Positions 55,589 to 64,000 of a stretch of DNA of 64,000 bases are shown one piece after another. The stretch is taken from assembly GCA_913054135.1 (NCBI GenBank), contig CAJXJK010000005.1, positions 206,925 to 270,924 of the forward strand, read 5' to 3'. The notes below the pieces were generated by a model. It ran no database searches, had not been told where the DNA came from, and worked only from the letters and a program-made list of their open reading frames with translations. Source of the DNA: an uncultured Flavobacteriales bacterium (GTDB lineage Bacteria; Bacteroidota; Bacteroidia; Flavobacteriales_D; Crocinitomicaceae). Numbering within the stretch: the stretch's first letter is position 1; each line of letters begins with the position of its first letter. The position numbers and the translations under genes were made by a program.

Positions 55589-57382
55589 TTAGTTCTTAAC
55601 GAAAGTGGTATACTGCTTAATCTGCTTGTAGATCAATGAAACCCTGTATTTTCCTTTCGGAAGTCTGGTGATATCAACAACATCTGTATTTTCAGAATGA
55701 CCTGTTATTACAGTTTCATTTTTATCGTTTTCTATTTTATATTCAAAAGCTCCTGGGTAAGAAACAGTAACGAAGGCTTCATCTTCACTCGTCTCGGCCG
55801 TAAGTCTTGGTCCAGGTGGAAGTTCGTCAATCACTGCTGGCGCAGGTTCAATAGTATAAGATGCTTTTTCAGTGCATCCAATGTTGTCAGTGACCATTAC
55901 TTCATAAGTGCCTTCTTCAAGATTGTTTAAGTCTTTTTCAATACTAATCTCAATGTTTCCATCTTTCCATTGGTACTTGTACGGTGATGAGCCTCCGTCA
56001 ATTAAGAGGTCAACTTCACCTTTCTGGTTTCCGTTAATTTGAGTTACACTTGCATCAATAATTATTTTATTCACTTTGATGATGATCTCATCTTCTGAAG
56101 CACACTCTCCTTTTCTAGTTACTTTATATTTATTCTCTCCTACTGGTGGAGCGAATGCTTGTCCTTGAGTTATACCATTGTCCCAAACGACTCCAGTCAT
56201 ATCTTGTACTTCTAATGTTACCATTTCACCTTCACATACTGCTGTTTTAGAAGCAATAATAGTTGGTTTTCCTGGCTTCACCTTAATGTCAATGGTGTAG
56301 TCACATTCCTTTTTATTATCACTTTTCATGGTGTAAGTATTATCGCCCAAAAACGGCATGAATGCCACTCCATTTTTAATATTGTTGTCCCAGCTTAAAG
56401 TAGCGCCATATCTTGATTTTCCAGTCAAAGTGATTTCGTCTCCATGACAAATTTCAACTTCTCCAATTAAGGCAACATCAGGTGTTACACATGCAGGTTC
56501 AATGACCACTTGGCCGTTTCCTTCTCTTACTCCTTGTTCGTGAACAGGGTCAATTGCTTGTGCTTCTGAGAATGAGCTTCCGCCACCACCTCCAGACCAA
56601 GATCCGCCGCCGCCTCCGTAATAGCCGCCACCGCCACCGCCACCAGATGTGCTATCTGCTGCAGTTCCGCCTTTACCTAATTTCCCTCTTTCTCCTCTTA
56701 AGTAGCTCATCCATTGACCGCCACTTCCGCCGTCAAGTTGATTTCCGCCCAAACCTGCTGAAGGGTCATTTGACACACCAATTGGTTTTCCATCTTTATC
56801 AACTAAAAGTCCTTTGCCTTGTGAGTCTTCAACAATTTGCCCTGACCAACCATTGTGACCAGTAAGACCGCCGCCTTCTCCTCCAAAATCTGCTCCGTCT
56901 TCAAAGTTAGCACCTGCTCCTCCTCCTCCGCCAGCGATTAATACTCTATTTTGAAGTCCTGAACCACCAATTCTAATGTCAGATGCGCCACCGCCTCCTC
57001 CGCCACAAAATGGACCGTAAGTTCCTGTATTTCTTCCATCAGCTCCACCATTGAAGCCTCCAGTTCCTTGTATTGAATCCTTTGCATTCTCACCTTTTCC
57101 TCCAACAAAAATGTAAACAACTTCTCCAGGATTAACGGGGTAACTTGCTTCTAAAGAACCACCTTTCCCGCCTTCAAACTTACCAGGATGAGGGGCGTTA
57201 TCCCATCTTCCTAATCCGCCTTCGGCACCAAATAGTGTGACTTTGATTTCAGTAACTCCGTCAGGAATAGTATACTTCTGAACCTTGCCTGTGTAATCGA
57301 AGGTTACCTTCTCTTGGGCGAAAGTCAAATTAGCCAGCAGAAAGCTAGAAGTAAAAATGATATGTTTTAGTATTCTATTCAA
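55589..57382 (-). CDS. T9SS cargo: Gly-rich (ALK/LTK-like) domain + Ig-like repeats + SprB repeat + CTD
   Basis: Signal peptide; FDYTGKVQ.Y..P.GV; GGGGGGASDIR; GGGGGGGYYGGGGG; GGSSPYKYQW...GTYEVMVTD.IGC; tail DITRLPKGKYRV...FVKN. Confidence 0.8.
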   Translation of the reverse strand: MNRILKHIIFTSSFLLANLTFAQEKVTFDYTGKVQKYTIPDGVTEIKVTLFGAEGGLGRWDNAPHPGKFEGGKGGSLEASYPVNPGEVVYIFVGGKGENAKDSIQGTGGFNGGADGRNTGTYGPFCGGGGGGASDIRIGGSGLQNRVLIAGGGGGAGANFEDGADFGGEGGGLTGHNGWSGQIVEDSQGKGLLVDKDGKPIGVSNDPSAGLGGNQLDGGSGGQWMSYLRGERGKLGKGGTAADSTSGGGGGGGYYGGGGGSWSGGGGGSSFSEAQAIDPVHEQGVREGNGQVVIEPACVTPDVALIGEVEICHGDEITLTGKSRYGATLSWDNNIKNGVAFMPFLGDNTYTMKSDNKKECDYTIDIKVKPGKPTIIASKTAVCEGEMVTLEVQDMTGVVWDNGITQGQAFAPPVGENKYKVTRKGECASEDEIIIKVNKIIIDASVTQINGNQKGEVDLLIDGGSSPYKYQWKDGNIEISIEKDLNNLEEGTYEVMVTDNIGCTEKASYTIEPAPAVIDELPPGPRLTAETSEDEAFVTVSYPGAFEYKIENDKNETVITGHSENTDVVDITRLPKGKYRVSLIYKQIKQYTTFVKN

Positions 57383-57495
57383 TGTCTGATAGTCTTAACG
57401 AATGTAACGATTATCTTCTTTTAGACTCTTATTGTTTACACAAAAACAATGCCTTACTATGTGAGGCGACTCAATTTTAGGATAAATGGTTGGTA

Positions 57496-59496
57496 CTAAA
57501 ATTCGTTTAAGAGTTGGTCATCAACAAGGTTAGGAATTGTAACTGTCAAGTTTGGCGTTCGCTCCATTTCTCTTTTGATAGCGAAAATAGCGCCTTCATT
57601 TCTTGCCCAAGACCTCCTTGCTATTCCATTGTTTACGTCCCAATGAAGCATCATTTTTAGTCTTCTGTCAGATTCTGCTGTTCCGTCTAACAACATTCCG
57701 AAACCACCGTTTATAACTTCTCCCCAGCCTACGCCACCACCGTTATGAATTGAAATCCATGTTGCTCCTCTAAATCCATCACCAATGACATTTTGAATAG
57801 CCATATCAGCCGTGAATTTTGATCCATCATAAATATTGGATGTCTCTCTAAAAGGAGAATCGGTTCCTGAAACGTCATGATGATCTCTTCCTAAAACGAC
57901 TGGTCCGATCTCACCATTTTTGATGGCTTCATTAAATGCAGCTGCAATTTTAATTCTTCCTTCTGCATCTGCATAAAGAATTCTCGCTTGCGAACCAACG
58001 ACAAGTTTGTTTTCTTGGGCACCCTTAATCCATGTGATGTTATCGGTCATCTGTTGTTGGATTTCAGCAGGAGAATTTTGTCTTATTTCTTCTAATACTT
58101 TACAAGCCAAGTCATCCGTTTTTTGCAAGTCATCTGGATTCCCGGATGCACAAACCCATCTAAACGGACCAAAACCATAATCGAAACACATAGGTCCCAT
58201 GATATCTTGTACGTAAGAAGGATATTTAAAATCGATTCCGTTTTCGGCCATTATATCGGCACCTGCTCTTGAGGCCTCTAGTAAAAATGCGTTTCCGTAA
58301 TCAAAGAAATACGTTCCTTTCGCAGTGTGCTTGTTCACAGATGCTGCATGTCTTCTTAAAGTTTCTTGAACTTTCTCTTTGAACAATTCAGGCTGGTTAG
58401 CCATCATTTCATTTGATTCTTCAACAGTTAAGCCAACCGGATAATATCCTCCGGCCCATGGGTTGTGTAAAGATGTTTGGTCTGACCCTAAGTCAACATA
58501 AATATTTTCTTCATCAAATTTCTCCCAAACGTCAACCACATTTCCTTGAAAAGCGATAGAAACTGTTTCTTCATTTGCTTTTGCGGTTTGTACTCTTGTA
58601 CAAAGTTCATCCAAATCTGCAATTACTTCATCCACCCATCCTTGAGAATGTCTCGTGCGAGTCGCTTTTTCATTTATTTCGGCTGTCACAGAAATCACTC
58701 CTGCAATGTTACCCGCCTTTGGTTGAGCACCAGACATTCCGCCTAATCCCGCAGTTAAGAAAAGTTTTCCTTTGGTGGTTCCGCTTCCCGGAAGTTTTCT
58801 GCAGGCATTAAGAACCGTGATGGTTGTTCCATGAACAATACCTTGAGGTCCTATATACATATAAGATCCCGCAGTCATTTGCCCGTATTGAGAAACTCCT
58901 AAAGCATTCATTTTCTCCCAGTCATCTGGTTGCGAGTAATTCGGAATAACCATTCCGTTTGTAACTACAACTCTTGGAGCATCTTTATGTGAAGGGAACA
59001 ATCCCATTGGGTGTCCCGAATAAATTGTGAGTGTTTGATTTTCTGTCATTTCAGATAGATACTTCATGCATAATCTGTACTGAGCCCAATTCTGAAAAAC
59101 AGCTCCGTTTCCTCCGTACGTTATTAACTCATGAGGATGCTGCGCCACAGCATAGTCCAAGTTATTTTGAATCATCATCATGATTGATTTCGCTTGCTCA
59201 CATTTTCCTGGATACTCTTCGATAGGACGAGCATACATTTTATAATCAGGACGATATCTATACATATAGATTCTCCCAAAGTCTTTTAACTCTTGGGCAA
59301 ACTCCTTTGCTAATTGAGCGTGTTGATCTTTAGGGAAATACCTCAACGCATTTCTCAAAGCCAGCTTCTTCTCTTCAGTTGAAAGAATTTCTTTTCGCTT
59401 AGGTGCGTGGTTGATAGCTGAATCGTAAGGTTTAGCCGAAGGTATTTCAGATGGAATTCCCTGGCAAATGTCTTGTTTGATATCTTCTATTGTCAT
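57496..59496 (-). CDS. hutU: Urocanate hydratase (long form)
   Basis: YGQMTAGSYMYIGPQGIVHGT, GLGGMSGAQPKA, SDQTSLHNP, GRDHHDVSG, HNGGGVGWG. Confidence 0.96.
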   Translation of the reverse strand: MTIEDIKQDICQGIPSEIPSAKPYDSAINHAPKRKEILSTEEKKLALRNALRYFPKDQHAQLAKEFAQELKDFGRIYMYRYRPDYKMYARPIEEYPGKCEQAKSIMMMIQNNLDYAVAQHPHELITYGGNGAVFQNWAQYRLCMKYLSEMTENQTLTIYSGHPMGLFPSHKDAPRVVVTNGMVIPNYSQPDDWEKMNALGVSQYGQMTAGSYMYIGPQGIVHGTTITVLNACRKLPGSGTTKGKLFLTAGLGGMSGAQPKAGNIAGVISVTAEINEKATRTRHSQGWVDEVIADLDELCTRVQTAKANEETVSIAFQGNVVDVWEKFDEENIYVDLGSDQTSLHNPWAGGYYPVGLTVEESNEMMANQPELFKEKVQETLRRHAASVNKHTAKGTYFFDYGNAFLLEASRAGADIMAENGIDFKYPSYVQDIMGPMCFDYGFGPFRWVCASGNPDDLQKTDDLACKVLEEIRQNSPAEIQQQMTDNITWIKGAQENKLVVGSQARILYADAEGRIKIAAAFNEAIKNGEIGPVVLGRDHHDVSGTDSPFRETSNIYDGSKFTADMAIQNVIGDGFRGATWISIHNGGGVGWGEVINGGFGMLLDGTAESDRRLKMMLHWDVNNGIARRSWARNEGAIFAIKREMERTPNLTVTIPNLVDDQLLNEF

Positions 59497-59551
59497 GGTT
59501 CAGATTTGTCAGGCAAATATAACTGAAACAGACAAAAAAGTGTTTTAAATA

Positions 59552-59878
59552 TTAGAATTTATAACTGAACGAAAAACCTGCAGCTGGCTGAGTTTTATTG
59601 ACCTTTAATCCTGTCATAATTGGAAGTGCACCCGTTTGAACTTGGAAATTGAATCCATTAGGACGGCTCAAGTTAAACTCAAGAGTAGGGGAGTATGAAA
59701 TACCGTTAATCAACTCAGCTTTTGTTTCTAGTAACCAGTCACCTTCAATGAAGAAATTCTTTTGTTTTTTGAGTTGAACGTGAGACTGTAATGGTTGTGA
59801 AACCTTTGTAGAATCACTGTTGTATCCAAAAGAAACTCCTGAGAGGAAGAATAAGCAGATGATTGATAGCGTTTTCAT
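59552..59878 (-). CDS. Small exported hypothetical protein
   Basis: Signal peptide; ends GFSFSYKF. Confidence 0.6.
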   Translation of the reverse strand: MKTLSIICLFFLSGVSFGYNSDSTKVSQPLQSHVQLKKQKNFFIEGDWLLETKAELINGISYSPTLEFNLSRPNGFNFQVQTGALPIMTGLKVNKTQPAAGFSFSYKF

Positions 59879-59993
59879 AATGTTTGTTTTACACTACAAA
59901 TTTGGCGAATCATTAGTCTATTTTAGAATTGAATAACGCTTTGGTAAATATGGTTTTGCGTTTAACGCAAATTTAAAACGGAGAAGGTGAAGT

Positions 59994-62177
59994 TTAGAAT
60001 TGGACTCCGATTACGCAAACATCATCTAGCTGTTCAAAATCTGACTTCCATTTGATAAATTCTTGCTTTAATATTTCGCCTTGCTTTCCTATTGGTTTTT
60101 TGGCGTTTTCTAAAAGCAATTTCTTGAAGTTCTTGTTCTTCAATTTTTTTCCTTTCAATCCACCAAATTGGTCAGCATAGCCATCAGAGAATAGATAGAG
60201 CAAGTCTTTGGCTTTCAGTTGAACTTTATGAGTCACAAAAGGTTTTTTATCAAAGTGAAGTCCAACCGGTTGTTTGTCTCCTTTGATTTCAATGAGTTTA
60301 CGGTCTCCAATTTCATTGGTTAGTTCATCCGAATCACCTTCTGATTCTCTGATAATCCAGAGTGGGTTATTCGCGCCAGAAAAAAGTAAAGTGTCATCTT
60401 TTTTATTGTAAGAGCAAATGGCGATATCCATACCATCTTTCACTTCTTGCCCACTTTTCATGAAAGTTTCAATGACAGATTCTCTGGTTGCTTCTAAAAT
60501 TCGCCCCGGATCTCTTAATCCTAATTCATGAATACTTTTATTCAGAGCGTTGTGACAAACTACACTTACCATTGCCCCTGGGATTCCATGGCCAGTGCAA
60601 TCGGCCGCAGCCCAAATTATGGTGTCTTCAACCACATCCATCCAATAAAAATCTCCAGCTAAAACATCTTTTGGTTGATAAAAAATAAAGCTTTCACTTA
60701 GGTTCTCTTTGAAAAAAGAGGTGCTCGGTAAAATCGCGTCCTGAATCCGTTTTGCATAGTTTTGAGAATCAAGCATTTCTTGATTCTTTTCCTGGATTTG
60801 ATGTTTTTGGAGTTCTATTTTTTTGTTTTTTTCGTTCACTTCATCATTTTTTTCAACTAATAAAGCGTTCGCTTTCTTTCTTTTAAGATTAGTTCGAATG
60901 ACAAATCCAATCAATCCCAATAGGATGAGACCTAATATTGTACCGAATAAAATGTAGTTTTCTTGACTCTTGAGTTTGGCAGATCGATTCACCTCACGTA
61001 GGTCAGCAGCATCTAATTCTGCACGGAGTTTTTCCTGTAGAATTTTATTGTTCTTATTTTGATAGATAGCTTCAAGTTTTTTAGCTTCTTGAAAATTTTC
61101 TAAACTAATTAAACTATCATTGAGCGTATAAAAGTCTGATTGATATTGATAAGCAAGCATATAATTTTTTGTTAAGGCATAATATTCAGAAAATGCTTGA
61201 TTGACTTGAACTTTTCGCCTTAGTAGGTTTAGTTCATTTGATATTTGCTCAGCTTCTTCTAAGCACACAAATGCTTTTTTAAAGTTGCGAGATTTAATAT
61301 GTATAGCGGCTATGTTAGATAGTGTGGTTACCACTCCGTCCTTATAGTTTAAAGCTCTTTTAAGCTCGAGAGATTTTTGGTAAGTTGTTAGAGCTAATGT
61401 TGTGTCTCCTAAATTCCCATACAAGATGGCCAGGCTGTTATAATTTCTTGCAATCCAAATAGAGTCATTGATTTCTTTTGAATACTCTAATGACCTATTC
61501 AGGTAAAAAGCGGCAGTGTCATATGATTCGTTATTTCTGTATATAACACCTCTGTTTTTATCATTTGATAGAACTATATAATCGAATTCTGATGAGGTAT
61601 CAATGTCGTGGGAAATAAATTCTTCAGACTTATCATAATACTGTATTCCTTCATAACCGCTACTGCTAGACTTGAAAATTGTACCCAAAGAATTGTACAC
61701 AGTAGCCTGATAGAGGTGGTGATTTGGATTAAAACTTAAGGCTTCGTTTAAAACGTTGATTGCTTTAGGGGCTTCATTAGTGAACTGATAAAGGCCCGAA
61801 AGTCTTTGAATCACCATCAACTGATTTTGAATGTCGTTTTCTTTTCGAAAGATGGTTAAAGACTTTAGATAGAGTCGTTCTGATTCAACAAAATCTTGAG
61901 ACCATTTAGATTGCCATCTTGCAAGACCAAATGAAGCTAGGCCTCTTCCATGCTGATAACGTAACAAATCTGAGTTTGATTGACAGAAGGTGAAATATTC
62001 AAAAGATTTTGTAGAATCTTGACTCAAATAAGTTGCTCCTAGTTCATACAGATCTAGAACCAATGATGTATCGATTTTTCTTTCAGAAAGATTAGCCTCT
62101 AATTTTTCAAGCTCACTTTGTGCGAGCAATCCATTTCCCCAGACAATAAAAAAGAAAATGAATAGAACTTTGGGCAC
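59994..62177 (-). CDS. TPR-sensor / TM / PP2C (SpoIIE/RsbU-like) phosphatase, paralog of 16771-19026
   Basis: TPRs; one TM; PKDVLAGDFYW, AAADCTGHGIPGAMVSVVCHNAL, DGMD, FSDGYADQFGG, DDVCVIG. Confidence 0.9.
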   Translation of the reverse strand: MPKVLFIFFFIVWGNGLLAQSELEKLEANLSERKIDTSLVLDLYELGATYLSQDSTKSFEYFTFCQSNSDLLRYQHGRGLASFGLARWQSKWSQDFVESERLYLKSLTIFRKENDIQNQLMVIQRLSGLYQFTNEAPKAINVLNEALSFNPNHHLYQATVYNSLGTIFKSSSSGYEGIQYYDKSEEFISHDIDTSSEFDYIVLSNDKNRGVIYRNNESYDTAAFYLNRSLEYSKEINDSIWIARNYNSLAILYGNLGDTTLALTTYQKSLELKRALNYKDGVVTTLSNIAAIHIKSRNFKKAFVCLEEAEQISNELNLLRRKVQVNQAFSEYYALTKNYMLAYQYQSDFYTLNDSLISLENFQEAKKLEAIYQNKNNKILQEKLRAELDAADLREVNRSAKLKSQENYILFGTILGLILLGLIGFVIRTNLKRKKANALLVEKNDEVNEKNKKIELQKHQIQEKNQEMLDSQNYAKRIQDAILPSTSFFKENLSESFIFYQPKDVLAGDFYWMDVVEDTIIWAAADCTGHGIPGAMVSVVCHNALNKSIHELGLRDPGRILEATRESVIETFMKSGQEVKDGMDIAICSYNKKDDTLLFSGANNPLWIIRESEGDSDELTNEIGDRKLIEIKGDKQPVGLHFDKKPFVTHKVQLKAKDLLYLFSDGYADQFGGLKGKKLKNKNFKKLLLENAKKPIGKQGEILKQEFIKWKSDFEQLDDVCVIGVQF

Positions 62178-62240
62178 GTTTTAAAATTTTAAGATGGCAT
62201 CACATATTTATAAATGTAATGTGTTGATTGAGAGATGAAA

Positions 62241-62954
62241 TCATCTATCTACGAAACGTAAGATTGTCAAGAATAGGTTAATGAATAGAATGTATAACAT
62301 TAATCCACCCATTAATTCTTGCTTTTGCTTTATCTCGGCTGTGATGTTTGGATCTTGTGCCACCTTCTTAAGTCTTTGCATTTCCCAAGCCGTAAGACCC
62401 GTGAATACGAAGAGTCCTAGGAAAGAAATGACCCAGCCCATAGTTCCACTTCCAATCCAAATATTGGCGATAGATGCTATGAACATTCCAATGAACAACA
62501 TATACAAGAGACTTCCCATTTTAGAAAGGTCAACTTTTGTAGTATAGCCGATTAAAGCCATGGCACCAAAGGTTCCAGCTGTGATGAAAAAGGTGAGTGC
62601 AATACTCCCCATGCTGTAGATTAGAAATATAAAGCTCAAGCTAATTCCGATAAGCACAGAGTATAAAATGTAGATACCCATTGCGCTTCCAAAAGAGATT
62701 TTATTAATTCTTGATTGAAGAAAAATAACCACTGCTAATGGGGCAAACATGATTACCCAACCCATTGGAGCCATTGTTCCTTGAGAAGTGAAGGCAACAT
62801 CTATGTACCAACCGGTATCGGCAGAAACAAATGCTGTTACACCCGAAACGGCAAGCGCTAAAAACATGTAACGGTAAACATTTGCAAAAAACGATCTAGT
62901 TTGCTCTGCAATTGAATGTTCGCTATCTAAAACTTCATAATTATTGTAACTCAT
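62241..62954 (-). CDS. Bax inhibitor-1/YccA family membrane protein
   Basis: FFANVY.YM..AL.VSG; FFITAGTFG.MAL.GYTTK.DLS; LTAWEMQRLK; LYILFINLFL..LR. Confidence 0.92.
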   Translation of the reverse strand: MSYNNYEVLDSEHSIAEQTRSFFANVYRYMFLALAVSGVTAFVSADTGWYIDVAFTSQGTMAPMGWVIMFAPLAVVIFLQSRINKISFGSAMGIYILYSVLIGISLSFIFLIYSMGSIALTFFITAGTFGAMALIGYTTKVDLSKMGSLLYMLFIGMFIASIANIWIGSGTMGWVISFLGLFVFTGLTAWEMQRLKKVAQDPNITAEIKQKQELMGGLMLYILFINLFLTILRFVDR

Positions 62955-63042
62955 CTCTTCAAAAATTTAATGCAAAAATAGTAAAATATAGTCTTATTTT
63001 TGTCGTAATAGTAGACGAATCACAAACAATTATATTTTCAGA

Positions 63043-64000
63043 ATGATAGTAGTAACAGGAGCAGCAGGTTTTATCTCATCTTGCTTAGTGAGTGAGTTAA
63101 ATGCTTTAGGCCACAATGATATTGTGGTGGTAGATGACTTTTCAAGAGCAGAGAAGAATCTGAATCTTGAAGGCAAAACCATTAGCGCGAAAGTTCCGAG
63201 GACGGATTTCTTTGCTTGGGCAAAGGATTTTAAAGGTGAGATTGATTTCGTTTTTCATTTAGGCGCGAGAACTGATACGACTGAATTTGATAAATCTATT
63301 TTTGATGAACTGAACTTTGGTTATTCGCAAAAAATGTGGCAATTGTGTTCTGAAAATAAGATTCCATTAGTATATGCTTCGTCAGCAGCAACTTATGGTT
63401 TGGGTGAGTTTGGTTATGAAGATAACCATGAAGTTATTGATAAATTGAAGCCATTGAATCCTTACGGAGATTCTAAAAATGATTTTGATAAATGGGCCTT
63501 AAAACAAGAGGGTCAACCTCCATTTTGGGCAGGACTGAAATTTTTTAATGTATACGGCCCAAACGAGTATCATAAAGGAAGAATGGCATCTGTGATAATG
63601 CATGCCTTCAATCAAATAAATGAAACGGGTGCAATGAAGTTATTTGCCTCACATAACCCCAACTTCAAAGACGGCGAACAGCTTAGAGACTTTGTTTATG
63701 TGAAAGATGTGGTTAGCGTTTGTACTTATCTAATGCAAAACAAACCTGAAAACGGATTGTATAATCTCGGTACAGGACAAGCTAGAACATTTAATGATTT
63801 AGTAAAATCAACCTTCTCAGCTTTAGGCAAAAATGCTGATATCAGCTACATTCCGACACCCGAAGACATAAGAGATAAGTATCAATATTTCACTGAGGCG
63901 AAAATGGAAAAGTTGATTTCGTCTGGCTACACAAAAAAATTCTATACTTTAGAGGAAGGAGTTTCAGACTATGTAACAAACTATTTGTCTGAAAATAAAT
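63043..64000 (+). CDS. hldD: ADP-L-glycero-D-manno-heptose 6-epimerase (3' truncated by window edge)
   Basis: MIVVTGAAGFISSCLV, FHLGARTDTT, YASSAATYG, PLNPYGDSK, KFFNVYGPNEYHKGRMASV, RDFVYV, YQYFTEA; no stop before 64000. Not in the ORF track. Confidence 0.93.
   Translation, partial: MIVVTGAAGFISSCLVSELNALGHNDIVVVDDFSRAEKNLNLEGKTISAKVPRTDFFAWAKDFKGEIDFVFHLGARTDTTEFDKSIFDELNFGYSQKMWQLCSENKIPLVYASSAATYGLGEFGYEDNHEVIDKLKPLNPYGDSKNDFDKWALKQEGQPPFWAGLKFFNVYGPNEYHKGRMASVIMHAFNQINETGAMKLFASHNPNFKDGEQLRDFVYVKDVVSVCTYLMQNKPENGLYNLGTGQARTFNDLVKSTFSALGKNADISYIPTPEDIRDKYQYFTEAKMEKLISSGYTKKFYTLEEGVSDYVTNYLSENK

Noticed and set aside
57496-59496. hutU without hutH/hutI/hutG and of eukaryote-like length
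   Set aside because: Long-form urocanase and dispersed hut genes are normal in Bacteroidota.
1343-62547. Numerous 60-120 aa ORFs nested in or antisense to long genes (e.g. 3139-3480, 43337-43645, 53462-53830, 56554-56865)
   Set aside because: They lie inside well-supported CDSs and have no recognisable motifs; expected shadow ORFs.

Overview
AT-rich Bacteroidota window, Flavobacteriales-like; a Crocinitomicaceae-type organism is my inference. The assignment rests on recurring TAnnTTTG -7 promoter elements, T9SS C-terminal sorting domains, CarboxypepD_reg/TonB receptors and a long-form urocanase. Contents: about 60 CDS, two tRNAs (Gly-GCC, Leu-TAA), no integrase, transposase or CRISPR array. 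From left to right: OmpA C-terminus, tiny acidic lipoprotein, a persulfide/rhodanese cluster (SulP, MBL-rhodanese fusion, two exported rhodaneses), an ECF-sigma/FecR cell-surface-signalling locus, TPR-PP2C receptor, ppa, Dus-like gene, dps, an accessory block (OsmC, YdeI, diheme cytochrome lipoprotein, SDR/AraC, LytS/LytTR plus outer-membrane receptor, MDR oxidoreductase), tRNAs, ppx-ppk1, LuxE-like gene, a RimK/AstE/extended-SDR/steroid-5alpha-reductase operon, pdxJ, CBS-nadK, PIN-PhoH, tyrS, GT-C glycosyltransferase, mutS, SpoU, a Gly-rich T9SS cargo, hutU, a second TPR-PP2C, BI-1/YccA and partial hldD. Best candidate for an undescribed system is 4913-14881. There the STN signalling domain sits on a glycine-repeat/short-barrel protein rather than a TonB receptor. 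A 30-bp two-box motif (ATAGGGGTAA-N10-AGTTGTCATA) recurs with identical spacing four times and outlines a regulon: GIN-domain lipoprotein, FecR operon, an STN-less TonB receptor with a second repeat protein, and possibly a small downstream ORF. Other strong sequence-level observations are a duplicated ~97-bp promoter beside the LytTR system, a tRNA-Gly with a compensatory A19:U56 elbow pair, a pair of paralogous small proteins, and an orphan T9SS CTD remnant. All family assignments come from motif recognition by eye; no database searches were run.
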